A stretch of 64,000 nt of DNA from Octopus vulgaris (lineage: Eukaryota): the NCBI GenBank assembly GCA_951406725.2, contig OX597830.1, forward strand, positions 46,252,001-46,316,000, given 5' to 3'. Below are positions 37,158 through 48,122 of this stretch, piece by piece. Made by a program: the position numbers and the translations under genes. How positions within the stretch are numbered: the stretch's first letter is position 1; every line of letters begins with the position of its first letter. The notes under the pieces were generated by a model, which was not told where the DNA came from, searched no databases, and saw nothing but the letters and a program-made list of their open reading frames with translations.

Positions 37158-40009
37158 TTAAAATAATATCAATGGAGATATATTGAGATTTTTTTTCTCC
37201 TCATCTCATAATTACTTCTCAATAGGTTCCTTATATTCTCTTACCTAAATGTTAACACTAACTTCACTAATATACAGAAAAGTTACCAGTAAGTGTTTTA
37301 GCCAAGTCTAAGTAGAAAGATACTACAGATATAATGAAGGGCCATTGATAGATGAACCCTTGGTGATTGTGTTCAGAAGATCCTAAGTTCAATCCCACCG
37401 TATGCCATCTTGGAGCAAACAAAAACAGCAGAAGCTCATTGGATGGACTGTGTCTTTTTATAATTCAAAAGTTCGGTCAGGTCATGATGATTATGTTAAA
37501 AGGTACATATGTACTTGGAATACTCAGCCAATTTCACATTCATTATGTTAATCGAATGAATAGGAAGTTCAATTGGCTGAATAAATGAACATCCATTATT
37601 GAACTTGACAGAGATCCAGTTTTTTTTTGTAGCAGAATGAGAGGGAAAGTTAATTACAAAACAGTAAACGATATTAGCATTTAAAAAAAGTAAAAGGAGA
37701 AAAAAAAAACCCAGAGAAGACATTGTTTGACATTAATATAAAGTATAGAGTTTATGATGGGTGGAAAGAGGGTGGTGGTGGTGTTTTGTGTGTGAGGATA
37801 TGGGAATGAGGGAAAGCTTGAATCAGTCTGCAAATGGAAAAGGGAAAATGAAAAAGGACTAAGGCTGCTGGTGACTGCAAATGGATGTAACAAATCTTTT
37901 GTATTTCCCCAGCTCCACCGTTTCGTCTCTCTCCGTAGACATCTGCCGATGCAGTTGTATAATGTCAAGAGGAAAGGAGAGAGTGGAAATGTGTGTGTGT
38001 GTGGAAAGAAACAGAGGAAGAGGAGGAGGAGAGGTTTGAGAGAAAGGGAGGAGCATTGATGTGAAATGTATAAAGAAAAAGAGACATAGGAGAGAGTGAG
38101 AGCATGGGAGAAACGGCCATCAGAAACAGTTGTTGTTGCTTAGCTCCAGGTTGGATCTGACTGAGTAAACCTATGATCAAAGACATTCCAGGCATGACCA
38201 TCTCATCCTTTTGTAACATACATGCAAGGTGCTCAAGATCACATTATCAAAAATGTGGTTGTTATTTCTAGCAGGGCAACTGACCACATAGGGGGGGTTT
38301 TACCATTGGGTTAGAAACAGTGAGGAGAATTTGGTAAGAGGCATGATTTGGGGTAAAAGGATGAAAGCAGAAAAATATAAAGATAGGTGGAGGGGTGAGG
38401 TAGGTGATAGGAAAAGAAGGGAGAGCAATGTAGAAAGAGAGGAAAAGAGTCTGATGCCTGCATAGGAGGAATGGATCAGTTGGTGGTGGCCATGATAAAG
38501 AAAGCATTGGTTGGAAGGAAGATAGAGAGAGAGAGAAGCAATGGGGGCAGATGTAAAAGGTCAGACACGAATAATAAAGGGTTTGATAATTAGAAAGATG
38601 AGAGAAATGCAAATGGAGAGAAGCCCAAAACATTAGCAGATTAGGAGGTAGAGGGTGGGCAAGCAGGTGGAGGGGGATGGACTGTGGGGTGTTTAAAAGA
38701 AAATAACGGAAAATATTGCAGGAAATAATCATTAGAGGGAGCAGGGTGACATTTTGTATGGAAAAGGGGGAGGGGTGGCGGGGAGGCTTTTAATAGGTTT
38801 ATTAGTAAACTTTGGTTTCACTCAATGTAATTGTCAGTATGAAGGTGTTAGGGATGGTGGTGATGGTGCTTTGGCAAAGTGGGTGGGTGGGTGAGTAATG
38901 GAAATACCAATTAATATACTGTAATTTGGCTCAATTAATTATAAGAGACCCAGACAAAAATCAGTTTTGTGTCAAATTACCAGCTCCTTACTACTACTAC
39001 TGATGATGATGATGATTTCTGGCACCAGGCCTGAAGTTTGGAAAAGGAGTACAGTCAATTATAATGATCCTAGTACATTACTGGTACTTTCTTTTTATGA
39101 AGTTGAGAAAGATGAAAGGCAAAACTGAACTCAGTGAAATTTAAACTCAGACCATAAAGGGATGAAACTAAATACCACAAGGCATTTTTCTCCCAAGTTC
39201 TACCAATTCTCTGGCACAACACCCTAATGACAAGGACTTCTTTTAATTGCTACAAATGGCCCAAAACATTGTGGAAGTACAAATGTGAAATACATAAAAT
39301 ACTCACATACACAAAGACGATGTTTCATGTTTGTCCAGCACACAGCCTCCCCGTAACTCACAGGTGGAGAAGGCTATCTGTTCTTTATTCCCAAATGAAA
39401 GCAGAGGGCTGATCCAACCTGCACCTGATGTCACTTGAATATAAAACCACACACATACCGACCTAGTTTACAAGAAAGATCTTCTAGAACAGCTGCTACA
39501 AACCTCTACCCATAGAGTTTGACCAAAACAGACATAGCAGCACTGGGGTGTTGCTGCTGGACCAAGTGGAAACTTTTAGAAACTGTCAATAAACCCTGAT
39601 AGTAAACCATTGTTGCTCATACTCTCTTGTAACCTTCAACAGAATATGAAGACCGATGTTCCAACGACTCTATTGTCAACCAAGAAAAATTAAAGGAGCA
39701 CCTGACAACATTCCCAATACCCAATAAGGATGATATTTTCTATTATAGGCACAAGGCCAGCAATTTCGAAGAGGGGGTGGGCAAGCTGATTGTATCAATC
39801 CCAGTACATGACTGGTACTTATTTTGCTAACCTTGGAAAGTAAAAAAACAAAGCTAGCCCTGACAGCATTTGAATTCAGAAAAGAAAGCCAGGAAAATGC
39901 CACTAAGCATTTGGTCCAGTGAGCTAACCATTCTGCTAGCTTACCAGCTTCACTGTAATAATAAACAATATAATAATAATATAGACATAGGATATAGTAA
40001 CCTTTAGGA

Positions 40010-40400
40010 AGGACAAACAAGGGTGCCTAATAATCAATGTGGCAATGCCAGGAGATCAACATATCATCATGAAAGAAAAGATTGATAAATATGGAGACCT
40101 GAGATCACTAAAAAGTGGCTGCTACGAGAGTCAAGCATAAAAGTTGTCCCTATTGTCATCAGAGCAGTGGGTTCAATACCACCCAGTCTGAAAAAACATC
40201 TGGAAACACTAGAAATACCCTACAATCTAGGTGTATTGCAAAAGTCGGCATTGTTTGGAATTATACGCATATTGCATAAAGTATTGTCTGTCTGAGGTTC
40301 TTGTGACTTGACAAACAGTATGAACCCCTGGCATACACAGTGTCTTCAATCAACAACCTAACAATATTGTATACAGTGCAACATCTATAATGATGATGAT
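40010..40400 (+). mobile_element. R4/Dong-like LINE 3' end (restriction-like endonuclease), degenerate
   Basis: VAMPGD...KIDKYGDL...VVPIVIRAVGSIP...VLQKSALFG..RILHKVL*. Confidence 0.75.
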
Positions 40401-40644
40401 GTGAATTATAATAACTGGTATGTCACATGTATTAAGAAGAGCATTATTGACGTGAGAATGATTACCACCAATGTAATTTTTTCTTACATAACTTTTATTT
40501 TGAAAATGAACAATCTGGTGTGTTTAGTTTAAAGGCCTATCAATGTATGCAGTGAGATTCTTTGCCCTAGAAGTCGGGAAGACACTTGGCAAGAAATGGA
40601 AACAAAACTGAAAGAAGAAAAAAATGATGATAATAAAGGCAAAA

Positions 40645-41130
40645 GAGCGCATTGGAATGTTAGCCAAGAGTGTGGCTTCAAAACAGAAAAGTGGAATGAA
40701 CACACACGAGAGGCTGTAATAGAAAATGAGAAGTACAGGATCTTGTGGGGTTTCACTATAAAGACTGACCATACTATCAAAGCAAGAAGACCAGATGTGA
40801 TTCTAGGAGACAAACAGCGTAAGATTGTAGGTTTTGCAGTTCGCTATAATAGGAGAGTCGATAACAAAGAAATTGAAAAAAAAATTGAGAAATATCAGGA
40901 TCTAGCCAGAGAACTGAAGACTCTGTGGAGGATTAAGACAACAATTATTCCTTTGGTAATTGGTTCACTTGGCGCATCAACCAAAATGCTGCCTGGAAGA
41001 GATGGGAATTGAAAGTCATATAGTCAAGCTGCAGAAAAGTACCATCCTATATTGTGCAAGAATCCTAAGAAAAATTCTTGAGATATGAGGAGACTTGTGA
41101 CCAAATCTCAAGATAAAATACCTACCACAT
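40645..41130 (+). mobile_element. R4/Dong-like LINE 3' end (restriction-like endonuclease)
   Basis: ORF with HW...ENEKYRILWGFTIKTDHTIKARRPDVIL...KIEKYQDLAREL..LW...IPLVIGSLG, then LQKSTILYCARILRKIL*. Confidence 0.88.
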
Positions 41131-41294
41131 AAATTAGCACCAGTGAAATAAGAGTAGCAATTCCCAAGTTGAAAGCAAATCATTTTTCATTGCTCACAGA
41201 CATATACAAGTAAATAAAGTGTTATTTCTTTCACAGGCCATCATGACCTCTGTGAACCTTTCAAAGGAAACATCAATGAAACAAGATGACTTAC

Positions 41295-41440
41295 TTTTAA
41301 CTTCCTCACATGCTAGTCCTAAGTCGGGTCCAGAATAACTTGCAAATAATTCCTCGGAAAACTCAGCCAGTCGCACCAAAGGAACCTCAGTGTGTGTACG
41401 GCCATGCCAGATTTCAGTGTCAAATTTTGTACTGTATTGC
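41295..41440 (-). CDS. PP2C-like (CG9801-like) upstream coding exon
   Basis: ttttctag|G CAA TAC... translates QYSTKFDTEIWHGRTHTEVPLVRLAEFSEELFASYSGPDLGLACEEVK A|gtaagt. 146 nt, phase 2 in and phase 1 out, compatible with the 13474 exon. HGR..E.P and ASYSGPD.GL resemble the family N-terminal region as I recall it. Confidence 0.78.
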
Positions 41441-41567
41441 CTAGAAAAATAATCAGGGAGTCATTAAAATACAAGAAAAAAATTAAACAAGATATAGAGA
41501 AATATATACCACATGTGTAAATACATGTATTCACATGTGTTCATACATGCATTGATAATATATAAAC

Positions 41568-41615
<48 letters not shown>

Positions 41616-41979
41616 GTAGTTATATATATATATGCATATATACAAACACACATAATATGCACAGTTTCATACATCTGCATATTACATGTATGCAGTGTTT
41701 GCTGCATGTCTACAGTAATTGAATCATATTAGCACAATATTGCAGACATGTAACATTCGGCAATTAGCAGCTGATAACGATGCAACTGATGAAACAATTG
41801 TAGTGAAATGTAATAAAGCCTGTTCAATCCATCCGCTCGTGTTGAAATTTCTTTGTTTATACTCTACACATATGTGCAGATGTCCACTTGCACATCCAGT
41901 AATAAAAGTCCTATTCTCTGATTGCCAGAGAGGAGCCTTGCAAAGCACATTACAAACTTATTACCAAGATTATATACTC

Positions 41980-42360
41980 TTTTACTTGTTTCAGTCATTT
42001 GACTGCGGCCATGCTGGAGCACCGCCTTTAGTCGAGCAAATTGACCCCAGGACTTATTCTTTGTAAGCCTAGTACTTATTCTATCGATCTCTTCTGCCGA
42101 ACCACTAAGTTATGGGGACGTAGACACACCAGCATTGGTTGTCAAGCGATGTTGGGGGGACAAACACAGACACACATATATATATACATATATATATGAC
42201 AGGCTTCTTTCAGTTTCTGTTTACCAAATCCACTCACAAGGCCTTAGTCAGCCCGAGGCTATAGTAGAAGAAGCTTGCCTAAGGTACTATGCAGTGGGAC
42301 TGAACTTGGAACAATGTGGTTGGTAAGCAAGCTACTTACCACACAGCCACTCCTACGCCT
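41980..42360 (-). mobile_element. tRNA-derived SINE
   Basis: Near-identical to 15870-16303. Confidence 0.85.
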
Positions 42361-42422
42361 AAAATTCTATTTGTATATGATTTCTTCTTTTATGTCTTAC
42401 CTGTTTCAGTTGTTAAATGAAA

Positions 42423-42876
42423 CAGTCAAGATGTCACACCGAGGCACCAGTCAAGACGTCACACCGAGGCACCAGTCAAGACGTCACACCGAGGCACCAG
42501 TCAAGACGTCACACCGAGGCACCAGTCAAGACGTCACACCGAGGCACCAGTCAAGACGTCACACCGAGGCACCAGTCAAGACGTCACACCGAGGCACCAG
42601 TCAAGACGTCACACCGAGGCACCAGTCAAGACGTCACACCGAGGCACCAGTCAAGACGTCACACCGAGGCACTAGCCAAGATGTCACACTGAGGCACCAG
42701 CCAAGATGTCACACCGAGGCACCAGCCAAGATGTCACACTGAGGCACCAGCCAAGATGTCACACTGAGGCACCAGCCAAGATGTCACACTGAGGCACCAG
42801 CCAAGATGTCACACTGAGGCACCAGCCAAGATGTCACACTGAGGCACCAGCCAAGATGTCACACTGAGGCACCAGT
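42423..42876. repeat. 25-bp minisatellite, ~18 copies in two variant blocks
   Basis: CAGTCAAGACGTCACACCGAGGCAC (~10 copies), then mostly CAGCCAAGATGTCACACTGAGGCAC (~8 copies). Confidence 0.97.
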
Positions 42877-42989
42877 TACTCCATCAGTCTCTTTTGGCAA
42901 AACACTAAGTTATGAGAGCACAAACAAACCAGCACCAGTTATTATCAAGTGGTGGTGGTGGGAGAAAGACACACACATACATATATGCG

Positions 42990-43364
42990 GCTCCCGTGCT
43001 GGTGACAAGTAAAAAGCACCAGTCGAGCGTGGTCGTTGCCAGCGTCACCTTACTGGCACGTGAAAACCAACATTCAAGCATGGTCGTTACCAGTGCTGCC
43101 AGACTGGCTCCCATGCTGGTGGCACGTAAAAAACACCTTTTGAGTGTGGTTGTTGGCGGTAGCATCTGACTGGCCTTCGTGCCAGTGACACATAAAACCA
43201 CCCACTACACTCTCAGAGTGGTTGGCGTTAGGAAGGACTTCCAGCTATAGAAATTTTGTCAGTTCAGATTAGAGTTTGGTGCAGCCTTCTGGCTCGCCAG
43301 CCCTTAGTCAAACCATCCAACCCATGCCAGCATGGAAAGTGGACATTAAACGACAACGATGATG

Positions 43365-43365
<1 letters not shown>
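42990..43365 (+). mobile_element. RTE-tailed SINE with internal ~60-bp modules
   Basis: Repeated GGCACGTAAAA..CC..GAGCGTGGTCGTTGCCAG units followed by the family 3' core. Confidence 0.8.
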
Positions 43366-43444
<79 letters not shown>

Positions 43445-43956
43445 GAGCTTCTTTCAGTACACACACACACTCACACATGTACATAAGGCAGGTTGTCTCA
43501 CTCAGACCACTTTTCAAAAGAACACTGAATGTGTTCTTATATGCAGAATAAATTTCTTCCTTCAGTATTTACTCAACATATCTTGAGACAATTGTGATGA
43601 AGTTGGACAATTTAATGAGCATTTCTAATCTTACAAAGAAAAAATATGGAAAACATTTTAACGTGATGCCAATTTTGGATTGGAAGCTGAAAAAAGTTGG
43701 TTCGTTGTTTTGTTTGCCCCGTCCAGATGAACACATTTAAGGGGAGGACAAGTGGCACACAGAGACCTGTGTACATTTCTAAACTTCAATGAATAATATT
43801 TATACGTGTGTGTGTGTGTGTGTGTGCATAATTGATAACAAAGAGGAGAGTGGAGATTTATTCACATCCCAAACTTTTATTAGAAATGTTTTCTACAGCA
43901 TATATAACACTGACCTACCTACAAGTGAAGCTGACCAGTGTCAATATCTCTTTTAA

Positions 43957-44177
43957 CCCATTTAGTCCCACTGTCCTATAAACAGGACACTACATGAGAA
44001 CATTAAACAAGCTATAATCACATTGTCTCAGTGTCCTATTTATAGGACACCAAGTATTTCCATTTCTACTTGAAGTAAAGGAGTTTTAATAATTATTTTT
44101 TTCCTTTTAACCTAATTTTCAATCATTTGTAAAAATTTTAAATATTCAGAAATTTAAGTACTCTGGGACTTAATGGG
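43957..44177. mobile_element. piggyBac-type MITE, family C (221 bp)
   Basis: TTAA-CCCATTTAGTCCCA ... TGGGACTTAATGGG-TTAA. Internal palindrome GTGTCCTATTTATAGGACAC and a degenerate second copy. Confidence 0.88.
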
Positions 44178-44290
44178 TTAAGCTTGAATACTATGTCATT
44201 GGATTCTTGTGGGATAGGCGGCATCAATAACAGTTTGTATCTGCCAGGATAATTTATCCCTTTTATAATCTCTCTATATATATGTATATA

Positions 44291-44647
44291 TAAATATAGG
44301 CCTGCACCTCTGGAGCTGGCGATCTGGGTTTGAATCCCGCTAGGACCATGAGAAAAAAGAACCCTCACACATGGGTTGTCCGAGTGCTTGCCAGTGTACC
44401 CTGCTGAAAATGAGTACTTGCCCCTTCTCAGGGTCGCAGCACACATCACAGCAGTTCTAGAAACCAGAGAAACCAATCCCACCCAAGGCGTACTAAAATG
44501 GACAGCAGGTGGACATCCGGGAGTCATGACTCGGATGTGGCCTGACCCCCTAAGAATGTCAGGAGCTAAGGGCCGAAACACTTGCCTAAAGGGGGTTGCT
44601 CCTCTGAGAATCACCTGCTGTTATGCTCTCCCTGAGTTTCTTTCCAC

Positions 44648-44650
<3 letters not shown>
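44291..44650 (+). mobile_element. tRNA-derived SINE of a distinct family
   Basis: B box GGTTTGAATCC, central CCAGTGTACCCTGCTGAAAATGAGTAC, (TA)n tail, GC-rich. Confidence 0.65.
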
Positions 44651-44691
<41 letters not shown>

Positions 44692-44874
44692 GGAATAAAA
44701 ACACAATAGAGGGCATTAAAATGTTCAGACAGATAGACAATACAAAGGCAGACAACAACAATTAGAAGGACAGGCAAAAAAAGATGAGTCATTCGTGACT
44801 TCCTTTTCTCAGTCAAGTACCAGAAGTCACGACCATTTCAGGCAGTTACACTTGAGATGGTTCGATCCGGTTGC

Positions 44875-44925
<51 letters not shown>

Positions 44926-46471
44926 CATTAAAAAATATTTAGTTTAAATGATATTTCAAAGTAAATATTGCATGTAATTTTATTTGGGAAATTTGATGTG
45001 TGTAAACGTTAAATTAGTTGCCTTTGGATTGAGTTACCATCACATTGTTGAAGTTGAGCTTTTGGAGAGTTAAATGGCAACTTGGTGTTGATTTAACGTG
45101 GATTTTCATTCTATAGTTTCATGCAAAAAATTTGTATATTCATATAATGGATTCATGCAGAATATGTGTATAGCGAAACCACGTGTTCATGCAAGGTATG
45201 TATATATAACCATATCATGGTTTGATGAATAGGTATGGATTTAATGTCCTAGCAGTTTACACATCTGCACACATCAACATGTGTGTGTGTTTTGACATAG
45301 GAATGAAATGCATGCGAGTATTATGCAAAGAAGAGCAGAGAGAATCGTGGAAAACTGAATTAGCAAACCTATTTTGATTCACAAATAAAGATGAACCAAA
45401 CAACAGTTTGGGAGACAAATTCTCAGTCCCACATATCTTTGACTCTCAAGTGAAGACAAGTCTTTAACAGTATCTTAACTTAGCAAAGAATTAAAGCAGA
45501 ACTTTCAGTTACTCTTATATAGCCAATTATTTCTCAATCAAGTCAAATAAGTTGTTAGAATGGGCAGACTAACAATAAAGAAGTGATATTGAACCAGTGC
45601 ATGTGTTATTACTGGCATAATGACCCTTCCAACTCACAGCAATGACTGTATCTTCTCATTTCTAACTGGTATCCAATCAATGTGTTTAATGTTATTGAAA
45701 GAAATGAGGTTTCAATATTCATACTTTTACTGAAAGAGAGTGTGTGTGTGGGGGGGGATATATGAATTTTCTTTCGTTTATTGGTTTCAATCCTTGGACT
45801 AGGTCCGAGCTTGGTCAGTGCCTTAAAATGTTTTCGTCAATTTCATCAACCACTCTGCTTTAACCGATATTTATTTTATTAGTCTACTTCTCAAATGATT
45901 AAATCCTGCTGGTAGACTTGATTTCGATTAGATATCATATTTTTGTTTGATGTACTGATTTATTGGCCATTCCCTTACTCTCTCTCTCACACACACACAC
46001 ACAAAGACGAGTGTCTGCAAAGTTTCTGTCTTCCATATTCCCCACCCCCCTACAGTATTGGATAGTCCAAGGCAACGATATCTATTCAAAGTGCTCCACA
46101 GCCAAATTTGATGCCAGAACTTTATGGTTGCAAAGCAAACGGTCAAACTAAAGGGTTTGACCCAAGCAAAAAGAAAAAAATATATAGTGTAATAAGTGTA
46201 AAACAACTTGATGTAAACAAATATGAAAAAATGCGTGCTCGTGAATGGGGGGGTGAGAGGACTCGGAAAATGCACATCATCAGACCATAACCTTTAAACT
46301 CTAGTGTTTGACCCAAGCCAAAAAAAAAAAAATTAAAAACTAGTGTAAAAGGTGTACAACAACATATAGTAAACACATTCTTCATATATATATATATATT
46401 TTTTTTTATATGTCCACTCACTCTCATTCAGGTACTGGGGTCCTACCATTCTGTTTGTACCACCAAACTAA

Positions 46472-46515
<44 letters not shown>

Positions 46516-47370
46516 GAGTTATGGAGGGAACCTGTAGAAGAGTTAGAGCCAAGAAGATGTGGGATGAAGAGTTGAGAAACGATCTTCAGATCCTCACAGA
46601 GGAGGAGACAAGGGAATGAGGCATCTGGTGGAGACATGTCAAGCTAAGTAAAAATCACTACCCTATATGCTGGCATGTCCTTTATAACCAGACCAACTGA
46701 CCAACCATGCCCTCTCCCCAACACCTGTCAAAACCCCCACCACAACCCATCTTCCCAACACCCCCTTTCTCTCTCCATCATTTGCTACAGTTACCTCCTT
46801 ACTATTACTAAAATTTCCCCTCATATTCTTATGAAGCATCCCCCTTACCCCCTCTGTATTACTTATAACCTCTCCCGCCCCGGACACATCTCAATCATGA
46901 TCTATTCCTTTCTCTCCCTCTCTCACTGATTTATGGATGATACCAGAATCCCTACACCTTGCCAATGGACCAACTGCTACAGTTAATGTCCTTGAAAGAC
47001 TGACCACAACATGGTCTTCACAGTTACCACTAACAACTACTAGAGCAACACCTGTTGTTACAAACAGATTTGGGTGATCAAGAGGAATATTCCAAGGTGT
47101 TAGTTGATCCATTTTGTTGTTTGCCCTGGCAATGGACCCCTTGTCGGTCTTGTCAAAGAATTCCCAGGGTTGCAGATTGGAATATGCAGAAAAGAATAAA
47201 ACACACACACATTTTTAGTTGACGACCCAATGTTATGTTCTGGTGACATGAGCAACATTGAGAGGCAATTAAAATTGGTCATAACATTCTCAAGAGACAT
47301 AGGAATGAGGTTTGAGCAAGATAAATACCAGGGTTTTCTCAGAAAGAGCAAAAGAAACTGACAGGCATCC

Positions 47371-48122
47371 TCTGCTGTGCTTGGGAGGAAGTTGTGTAGT
47401 GCGTGATCATCGCATTGATCAAGACAGAAAGTTGTCATGGCAACACCGGCTCAGAGGCCAACGCAAAATTGCAGAAAGGGTATGGAGAGGGGTGTATGAG
47501 CCACACACAAGTGTACGAATGGTTCAGATGTTTCCAAGATGGCTGAAAAAATGCCGATATTGACGAACATTCTGGGAGACCTGCAGCCAGCAGAACTGAG
47601 AAAAACATTGCAGATGTGCGTGCAGCTGTGAGGGAAAATCATTGAATCACCATCCATGAGTTATCAGAGGATGTGCAGATTAGTTATGGTTCAGTTCAGT
47701 CCATTATCACTAAAGATTTGGGTATGAGATGCATGTCTGCCAAGTTTGTGCCAAAACTGCTTTCAGCTGACCAAAAGGACACTCGGGTTTCAGTTGCACA
47801 AGATCTCCTTAACTGTGTCAAGAACAATGAAAACTTTTTGAAAACTTTGCGTAGGCCTCTGAACAGGTATCGCCAAGCTTTTGGCAAAATTTGATGCAAA
47901 TTCTCTGCTCAACTTTCTCTGTCATGGTCAATGCGACGATCACATGCTACACACCTTCCTTCCAATCACTGCTGTAAACAGTGGAGGTGAGCTACAAATG
48001 TTAAAACTTAGTGCACATGCACAGCAGAGTTCGAGGTCAATCTGTGCCAAGCGGCTTTACTCTGTGTACTTCAGTTTTGTTACTATGGCAACAGTTCGGA
48101 TACTAATTGATCAAACTATGTG
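47371..48122. mobile_element. Fold-back mariner derivative (irritans-like N-terminus on both strands)
   Basis: Plus strand: YEWFR..DG..DEHSG..TIHELSEDVQISYGSVQSIITKDLGM..AKFVPKLLS..QK. Minus strand from 47925: MTEKVEQRICIKFCQKLGDTCSEAYAK. TIR-like end followed by TA at 48123. Confidence 0.8.

Noticed and set aside
42275-42742. Repetitive 155-aa and 91-aa ORFs, and a CRISPR-like appearance
   Set aside because: These are translations of a 25-bp minisatellite. There are no unique spacers and no cas genes, and the context is eukaryotic.
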